The notes under the pieces are model-generated. The model saw nothing but the letters and a program-made list of their open reading frames with translations, was not told the DNA's origin and did no database searches. Made by a program: the position numbers and the translations under genes. Below are positions 23,891 through 32,836 of a DNA stretch of 32,836 bases, piece after piece; within the stretch, counting starts at the first letter, position 1; every line of letters starts with the position of its first letter. This DNA is from Priapulus caudatus (taxonomy: Eukaryota): positions 486,345-519,180 of the forward strand of contig NW_014577075.1 of the NCBI RefSeq assembly GCF_000485595.1, read 5' to 3'.

Positions 23891-25528
23891 GGCAAGCGAT
23901 GACTCATCGTCTCACTGACATATATTTTTCCGTTTGATAGCATAGTGATTGATAATATTCAGGTTTTATGTATTCCGTGCACGTTATCAACGTTTGATCG
24001 CGACATTTCGCGTTGGTTGACATTTGTCGCCGTCTCTTATGAACCCGGTTTATATTATAATATAACTAATATATATAAATAATATATACTTTTATATAAT
24101 TATATATGTAAGTCCAAGATTATTTTCAAGGCAACATGTCACACGAATGCAAAATTGGCTAATCAAACCTCTTAGATATCTACGAAACCATTGCTAGTGC
24201 TATGACAAGCATTGCACTTTGTCTAATGCCGTGACAACATGATCAAATGCAGCGTAAAATGATCAGATCGTGTGGAATTTTAATGATACCATATTTAAGT
24301 TTCGGCCTTAATGAAACGTATGTGCCGGCGCTCGGTACGGTTTTTTATTCACGCTGAAGGTAGACCGCTGTTATAAGTCACGTTTTCCGATTACTCACAG
24401 AGCCCAATGTTAATATTCCTTTTCACTGCAAAATCTGACGAAGATTTACGTTTTTATCGATTTCCGGGGTTATCTGGAATTTCGATCAACAGTTCCCTTA
24501 AGTGCGTCTATATCAATATGCGGTATGTCCTTAAGGGTGACTTGCGCCATCGTAAAAACAGTGGAAATGCTTGTTCTCATTACTAAAATCTAATTGGAAT
24601 TTAAAATCAGGTTAATTAACTTGATCTTGAACTACTGGAAAAGAGAAGAATGTTTAGCTGATGAGTTATATACGCTACGTGTATTACATACATGAGCCGA
24701 TTTCTAACTCGACTGTAGTACTTATTGGTAAACAGACTATGAAAGCCATAATATTAATGTCCAAGAGTAACACAGTACATTCTTGACATGATACTGTTAA
24801 TTAAATATTTGATCTTACCTAATCAGTATGGTACATATATAGATTTAAGTTTATACATCATTATATTATTACAAATATAATGATTTGTAGAAATAATTCA
24901 AAACAACAGCCTGGCACGTTTGTCAAATATCTTGAGCAAGTTTTTATATTGGATGCAGCCTAACCGTGACGTAGATCTGTTCCCACCGATGCTTGGGCTA
25001 GTCTATAGTTCAGATCCTTGGCGCACTGTAAATCCACGCCGTCGGTCGACCAAGTTTCAAACTGCTGAAATGCGACGCGAATTTTTAATGAACTGAAGCC
25101 AGAGGCGATGCAAACAAATTCTTTAACTAATTGCTTTGATTTGCGTCTGTTCGCTTCAGTCAGACAGTCTACGTCTCTTGCCCCCGAGGCATCCAGCCAT
25201 AGCGTCGAGTGCTCCACAGCTATACAGGCGCCTTTATCCAAACTCCACGACAGATGGCGCTCTCGCTCATGGGCTTAATCTATCATCATCATCATCATCA
25301 TTATTATCTATCATGGTATCTTGAGTGTAGGAAAGGGGCGCTGCATGCAGTTTAGCCTTCCTCATCTTCTGTTTCTAAACCAAGAAGGCAGTCGCGGACA
25401 CGTGCACTAGGCGCCATCTATCGGAATCAATCGCAAGCATCGACACCGGAGAAGTCGGGGGAGGGGGGAGCGATCTTGAGGGGAGCGCATGTAAATTGCG
25501 GTGATCTTCATGGCAACGTGACGCCAGA

Positions 25529-25993
25529 CTAAAGCAGATTCGGCGCACGGACGAGGACGGTGATGATGGCGACGAGCGTGTAAATACTGAAGACGTACAG
25601 ACACAGTCTATCGACGACCATCGCGAGGAAGTGCCACTCGTTGTTCATATGTCGCTCGTCGTCGTCGCGCTGCATGAAGCGCGTGATCGTACGCAGCTCC
25701 TTCAGGATTAGCGACAGCTCGCTCGGAGCGCCCCCGTGCGGCGACGTCTGCGCCACGTGGCCGTCGTCGCAGGCGGATCCGTTCTTGTTGGCGAACATTG
25801 ACATGCTGTTACCAGCGTGGAAGTCGTCGTCGCAGTCGAGCACGTTGGCGAGCAGGCTGCGGGAGCAGCGCTCCTTCAACTCAATCTCTTTCAATTTCGA
25901 GTTGACGACGTTGCGCTGTAGATTCTTCTCCGTGCCCGCCGGCGAGCGCATGCGCAGTAATTTCGGCAGCCATCGTAAGAAGACTATTCTCAT
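25529..25993 (-). CDS. CHRNA7: nAChR alpha7-group subunit, last coding exon (intracellular loop, MA helix, M4)
   Basis: MRIVFLRWLPKLLRM...KERCSRSLLANVLDCDDDF...ILKELRTIT...EWHFLAMVVDRLCL...APNLL*; the SLLANVLD-DDDF motif is typical of protostome alpha7-group subunits; CAG acceptor, TAG stop. Confidence 0.95.
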   Translation of the reverse strand: MRIVFLRWLPKLLRMRSPAGTEKNLQRNVVNSKLKEIELKERCSRSLLANVLDCDDDFHAGNSMSMFANKNGSACDDGHVAQTSPHGGAPSELSLILKELRTITRFMQRDDDERHMNNEWHFLAMVVDRLCLYVFSIYTLVAIITVLVRAPNLL

Positions 25994-26378
25994 CTGGAAA
26001 ATGCAACGCGAAAGCGCTGTCGTAGGAGGCATCTTAGCAAATAGATGTACAATGATACGGCTTGAGCCCAAAAATGTTACGTGAATACGGTGGATGTGAA
26101 TAATATAGAATCTTTGATGTTGGCTAAGTTGTGGCTTGACGCACACACGCGCTCGCGCGCCTGCGCAATCACCCACCGATACACATACATACACGCACGC
26201 ACGCACGCACGCACGAGCATACGCATACAAACCTACTCATACGTACGCATGCACATAACGCACCCGCACGCCCGCACACCCGCGCGAACGAGCGCGCGGT
26301 CGAGAGAAAAATCGCAGATGAGTGTTGTCAGTCGCTCGAATGCGAAGCGATCGGTTTTGCAATTCGATTCAAACTTAC

Positions 26379-26488
26379 CCAGTTTGGCATCTGATACGTG
26401 TCCGGTGTGCGATGATGCATATTGAGCGAGATGACAGAGAACATCACCGAAAGCGCGCACATCAGCATAATGCAGGCGAAATATTTAC
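26379..26488 (-). CDS. CHRNA7: nAChR alpha7-group subunit, M3 exon
   Basis: (G)KYFACIMLMCALSVMFSVISLNMHHRTPDTYQMPNW; 110 nt, phase 1/0, TAG acceptor, GTAAGT donor. Confidence 0.93.
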
Positions 26489-27166
26489 CTAGAAAACAGA
26501 ATGGGCTGTTGTCGTTACATACGCCGATAGTATATGTCCCCAACATTCTAGCGCCGTTAGCCAGGCCCTTCTCAGTATAGTTACATTAGCACTGCGATAA
26601 TAATTTGTCATCGTATTTGTTTAGCATGAGAGATTGTTTAGCATGACAGCGCTATCGCATTAACTCTAATGGTTCTCGCAAGTCGCCACCTTCACTTCCT
26701 ATAACGATTATTTAACACGACCACGTTCTATTCAATGCAGATGCTGCTGCTGCGTCAGAAAATCGAGATTTGGAAATTGTTACGTCATATTACATATATT
26801 ATGCGTTTTAAACGTTTATATATTACGCTATATTTACCCCCACGTGGGTGGCGTATGTATGAGCGCGAGTGTGTGCGTGTGCCCGCGTGTACGTGCGTGT
26901 GCATGTGTGTCAGAGAGAAAAGAGAGTGTGTGTGGTGTGTGCGTGTGAATGTGCGTGCGTGTGCGTGTGTGAGCGCGTGTGCTTGGTGAAGGTGCTAGGA
27001 CGCGCATGTTAACGTTGCCTGGATGCGTCCGATCAATCCGTTTTGCGTGCGGTGCATATTTTCATCACACGCGTGTTATAAAGCTGTTTTCCGCCTTGGG
27101 TCCGCAAGACGATACAGCCGACAGGCTTGTCACCGAATGGCTGAAAGAATTATTGAGGCTGCGGAG

Positions 27167-30100
27167 GGATGGATGGATGGATGGATGGATAGATGAATAG
27201 ATGGATGGATGGATGGATGGATGGATGGATGGATGGATGGATGGATGGATGGATGGATGGATGGATGGATGATGCGATAGATGATGGATGGATGGATGGC
27301 ATGGATGTATTGGAATGATGATGGATGGATGGATGGCGCGCTGCTGGATGGATGGGATGATGGATGGATGGATGGATGCGATGATGGATGGTATGGAATG
27401 GATGATGGATGGATGGATGATGGATGATGGATGTATGGATGGACTGGATGGACTGTGATTAGATGATGGCGTGGATGGATGGATATGGAAATGGATGAAT
27501 GGATGGAAGGATGGATGGAAGGATGCGATAGATGGTAGATAGATTAGATGGGAATTAGAATGGATGCAATGGATGGATGGATGGATGATGGATGATGATA
27601 GATGGAGATGGATATTAATGATTGGATTGGATGGCATGAGCATGGATGGATGGATGGATGGATGAATGTCTATGGCATGGAATGGATGGTATGGATGGAA
27701 ATGGAATGAGATGGATGATAGGCATGGTGTGGATGGATGGATGATGGATGATGGCAATTTAATGACATGGATGGATGGATGTATGGATGGGATGGATGGA
27801 CATGTTGAGGATGGATGGATGGATCGGATGGATGGATATGGTATGGATGGAATGGATGGATGCGATGGATGGAATGGATGGTTCAGCGTAGGAGGAGGAT
27901 GGATGGATGATGTTGGTATGTCATGATGGAGCAGTCGGTTTGTCTCTCATGGAAAGATGGCACCGGGCATGCGATGGATGGATGGTCATGATGGCCATGG
28001 ATGGCATGGATGATGGATGAGATGGATGTATGGATGATGGCATGGAATAGGCCATGGAACAAAATGATGGTATGGGAATGGGTGATTTGATGGCGATGGG
28101 ATAGATGGATGCGATGGGATGGATGGATGGATGGATGGATGGATAGTGGATGGATGCGATGGATGGATGGATGTATGGATGGATGGATGGTATGGATGAA
28201 ATTGGGATGATAGATGAGCGTGGATGGAGGATGGATGGAATATGGATGGGATGGCATAGATTGGTATGTGATGGCATAGATGGACGGATGGATGGCATGG
28301 ATGGATGATGGGAGGATGATGGCATGGATGGATGGTCATGGATGCATGGACTGGCATGGCATGGATGGCATTTTGGGGATTTTTTGGAATGGCATGGATG
28401 GATAGATGGATGATGATGGCGATGCTATGGTGGATGGTCATGGATGGATGGATGGGATGGATGTGGATGGATGGATGGAGCGAGGTATGCATGTATGGGA
28501 TGGATGGATGGATGGCGGATAGATGGATAGATAGCCATGGTGTGGATGGATGGATGGATAGATGGCATAGTATGGATGGATAGAGCGTGGATGGATGGAT
28601 GGATGGAATGGATGAGATCGTGCGATGAATGAATGGATGGATGTGGTTGGAGGATGAAAGATGGATGGATCGATGGAATGGTATGATGGATGGATGGATG
28701 ATGGTATGATGGATCGAAGTGGATGATGGCATGGATGTCATGGTATGGGATGGATGGATGATGGGATGGGATGGATGGATGGCTTATGGATGGATGATGG
28801 ATGGATGGATAGATGGGTGGATGGATGGAATTCTGGTTAGGATGAATGGTGGAAGGATGGATGACATGGATAGAATGGATAGTAGGATAGTCATTGGATA
28901 GATGGATGTATGTGTATGGATGGATGGATGGATGAATGAATGGATGGATGGATGGATGGATATGGATGGATTTAATGGATGGATCTGATGGCATGGATGG
29001 ATGGCATGGCATGCATGATGAATGGATAGGATGGATGGATGGATGGATGGATGGATGGATGGATGGATAGATGGGGGATGGCATGGAGGATGCGATGGAT
29101 GGATGAATGGATGGATGTGGATGGATGGATGGATGGATGGCATGATGGAATGGATGGAATGGTATGGATGGATGGATGGATGGATGATGGATGGATGGCA
29201 TGGATGGATGCGTAATGGATGTTATGGATGGATGGATGATGGATGAGATGGATGATGATGGATGGTATGGATGGATGGATGGATGGCATGGATGATGGAA
29301 ATGGATGGATGGATGGATGGATGGATGATGGATGGATGGTCATGGCATGGAATGGATGGATGATGGTGTATGGATGGATGGATGGATGGATGGATGATGG
29401 ATGGATGATGATGTGAGCATGGCATGGATGGATGGCAGGGATGAATGGATGGATGGATGGATGGATAGATGCGATGGTGATGCGACTGGATGGATGGATG
29501 GATGATGGATGGATGGATGATGAATGGATGGATAGATGGGTGTGGAATTGAATGGATGGAGGATGGATGGATGGAGGATAGATTCGAATGGATGGATAGA
29601 TGGAACGATGGATGGATGATGGAATGGATGGATGGTGGATGGAGATGGATGGATGGATGGATGGACTGGATGGATGGATGCGATGTAGGATGGATGGATG
29701 GATGCGTATGGATGATGAATGGATGATGGATGGATGGTATGGATGGATGGATGATGGATGGATGTATGGATGGATGGCATGGTAGGATGGCTGGATGGAT
29801 GGTAGGATGGATGGGCCATGGATAGATGGAATTAGATGGATGGGGTGGATGGTATGGACTCGGATAGATGGATAGATGGATGGATATGATGGCGGTGCGA
29901 TGATGGATAGCCATGGATGGATGGAATGGGGATGAATGAGGGATGTGATGGGGGGGTATGGTTGGATGGTCATGAATAGAGGGTAGTGGTATGGATGGCT
30001 ATGGATGAGGAATGGATGGGATGGATGGCATGATGGATGGTGAGGATGGATGGATGGAGTAGATGGATGGAGTGGGATGGATGCATGGCAATGGATTCAG

Positions 30101-30435
30101 ATGGATGGCATGGAATGGATGGATGATGGGATGGAGGAATTGGATGATCGGATGGATGGAGGGATGGATGGATGGCATGGATGGATATATGATAGGTATG
30201 ATGATGGATGGATGGATGGATGGATGGATGGATGGATGGAATGGATGGTATGGAATTGGACGCGCACGGAAATGAATGGAGGATGGGATGATTGGATGGT
30301 CATGGATGGCAATGGGAATGATGGATTGGATGATGGTATGGATGGATTATGGATGGATGCTGATGGCATGATGGAATGGCAATGGATTGATCCGGATGGA
30401 TGGATGGATGGATGGATGGATGGATGGATGGATGT
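27167..30435. repeat. 3.3-kb (GGAT)n tract in nAChR intron
   Basis: Direct inspection; perfect at the edges, degenerate inside. Confidence 0.97.
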
Positions 30436-31653
30436 GTGAATGTATGTATGAATGAATGCTGGATTAATAAAAGGTTGAAGAAATTGGGATGAATTCACAA
30501 ATTCTGTCGCACAAAAATTCGCAACATTTGTCTATGGAAGGCTATTGGGTCCTAAAATCGCGTCAAACTAAACAAATTTCAATTACATAATTTTTTGCTA
30601 AGTTGGAGAGTGAGTAGGTTGGTGAATGGTTGTGTGAATCAAATAGGTTGTAGGGGGTCAGCGGGTGGGTAGGCGGTTAGGACGGACGGATGTGTATAAA
30701 CTAGAACGAGACCGTTCTCCAGTTTTTCCGAATTAGTCCAGTGATTCGAAATAGTCGTTTAATATACTATTACTGAACTACATGACTGATGTAAACGCGT
30801 TGGTTGACTCTCTGGTTTATGTTCGCCATTACTACAGCTCATTTAACTCATTCGCTCATTCGTTATAATGGCGTTGACCGTAAGGTTATTTACATGAGAT
30901 TCCTTCTCTTTGCAAATAAGAGTAAACCTATCATGTTTGTAAGTCGCCCCAATAATTAATCGGATAAGTTTTTTGGACAACGTTCCACGTTTATATACGT
31001 TTGTATGCCACATCAGTCTTTGTTGAGAACAATGGCTTAGAATCAGTCTAGGTTCGGAGCGTTAATCTACTGCGAAAATAAAAATTACACGATAGCGTTT
31101 TCAATGGATTTACGAAGTGATCACTCATATATTTGGAGATAACGAAGATACGTGATGGAATCGTACCACCCAAGCGTATGTGCGTGCACTTGTGAATTAT
31201 TGTGTTCCTAAGACCCTCCCACATCTCGGCCATGTTGGAATCTTATGTAAATACTCATTACGGCGAGGGACACGAAATTGACATCTGAAGGAAATGGATG
31301 GTTTGCACGATTCTAAATGTCAGCGTGCAACAGAGTAAAACTATTAAGCCCATTACACACCATACCACGCATCACTCAGTAGTCAAAATTATATGGCTTC
31401 TGTACATAATACAGTGTAAGATTAATCGACGCCGTTCTACCGCCATATGGTATACCAACGATGTGCGCGCCACACTGCGATCGTCGCCGTCATTTTGGGC
31501 TTGTTGACATTCCTCTAGATCTGGAATCTGCAGTTCACCTTGCTTTAAGCAGCCTCTCTATATAGTCTGAACGCTTGCGTCGAGCATGCTCAGCGATGTA
31601 ACGAAGTATAATCGCCAATTGGCATCCACGGCAAGTGCCGTGAGGGTATACAC

Positions 31654-31828
31654 CAGTGGCGCCCGCCGATAGAAGCACTGGAAGCACAGTGCTTCCAGTA
31701 AATTTTGGGTTAAAAAATTTTGTTCCTAAATCTTTCTCGCAAGACTCACCAGATTGCTTGCTTTTTATTATCACTGAGGATTTTATCCTTCTGTGCTTCT
31801 ACTTTCTTAAGACCTGTGGGCGCCAGTG
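31654..31828. mobile_element. hAT-like MITE (175 bp)
   Basis: Perfect 8-bp TSD GTATACAC at 31646-31653 and 31829-31836; TIR CAGTGGCGCCC / GGGCGCCAGTG (1 mismatch); subterminal GAAGCAC motifs. Confidence 0.85.
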
Positions 31829-31862
31829 GTATACACTACGAAAAGGTTGCGTGCTACGTTAC

Positions 31863-31949
31863 CTATGAGAGGTACAGCGTCGGACGTGGCCGGCATAGTC
31901 TCTGCGACGAGTAGCAGAAATACCATCAGCGAAAGCAATAAGGTGACAC
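31863..31949 (-). CDS. CHRNA7: Nicotinic acetylcholine receptor alpha7-group subunit, M2/M2-M3 loop exon
   Basis: Manually translated (G)VTLLLSLMVFLLLVAETMPATSDAVPLI(G); 87 nt, phase 1/1, CAG/GT borders, same size and position as alpha7 exon 8. Symbol denotes alpha7-like; strict orthology not shown. Confidence 0.93.
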
Positions 31950-32669
31950 CTGCGGAAGTATATATGATCAGAAATAAATAAAAATAATTAGAATTTATTC
32001 AAAGTCAACAGTCAGGTATTTATGTTATTAGATCGTGTCGAGCGTTGTATAGTAGCCGATCGTTATGATCTGGCCATGATCCGTGGGACCGAGCATAACA
32101 CGAAGTAGCTCTAAAACGATAGCCCTTCGCTCTGCCACGGCCCTGTGCCTAGCGAAGGGCTATACAGTTCTAGAGCTAAATACGAACCAAAACACGTCGC
32201 GGTATACATCACACGATGTCTATATTCCTTCACAATGACCATCTCGCTATGAACACCGTTCATACGACTAATTAATTTCTAGTCCCCTCGTTTCGCTCGC
32301 TCGCGATTCTGCGTATTTAACCCAACCGCTATATCTGGATCGAGCGCCTCTATGTGATGTTGGATTCCCAATGAGAAATATTTTCTTTAGCTTAAATTAC
32401 GATGTTAGCTCATGCAAGCGCGTTCGATGCGATGGCGCCACTCTAGATATCTAACTTGAATCGCAACTTTGCGATCGCGAGGAAATCTATGAACGATTCT
32501 ACTTCTGAAATCAAATTTTGACTCCGAAGTAGAAAGTAATAGACGGTCGTATATGTCGTATCTGTCGTGTATGGCATCGGTCGAGGACACATCGAGGGTG
32601 TCATTGAAAACGTTTTAACTACAATATTAACGTGGGTTTATACTTTTACTTAAGCACCATAGAGAGCGA

Positions 32670-32836
<167 letters not shown>

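Noticed and set aside
27065..30498. HPSI-rich and MDGW-rich ORFs (also 8441-9587)
   Set aside because: Translations of (GGAT)n repeat.
26491..31645. Alternative mutually exclusive copies of the nAChR M2 exon, as in insect alpha6
   Set aside because: No second GVT.LLS-like exon found in the unique parts of this intron.

Overview
Eukaryotic, intron- and repeat-rich animal DNA, probably from a protostome invertebrate. Two spliced genes lie on the minus strand. (1) A type II membrane M1-family zinc aminopeptidase (aminopeptidase N-like): exons 1-7 are recognisable but out of order (transcription direction E1,E2,E7,E1',E2',E3',E4,E5,E6), and E1/E2 plus upstream DNA occur twice, once clean and once full of insertions. 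(2) The last three exons (M2 to stop) of an alpha7-group nicotinic acetylcholine receptor subunit. The duplications and scrambled order look mostly like contig mis-ordering with raw long-read gap filling, although a real circular-intermediate duplication is not excluded. The most notable structure in clean sequence is a pair of ~0.8 kb TIR elements whose 9-bp target-site duplications are swapped between copies; they bracket a ~541-bp satellite array in a cointegrate-like arrangement. Also present: a divergent ANMEN (for GAMEN) peptidase motif, a hAT-like MITE beside the receptor's pore exon, and many micro/minisatellites, which account for most ORFs in the supplied track.
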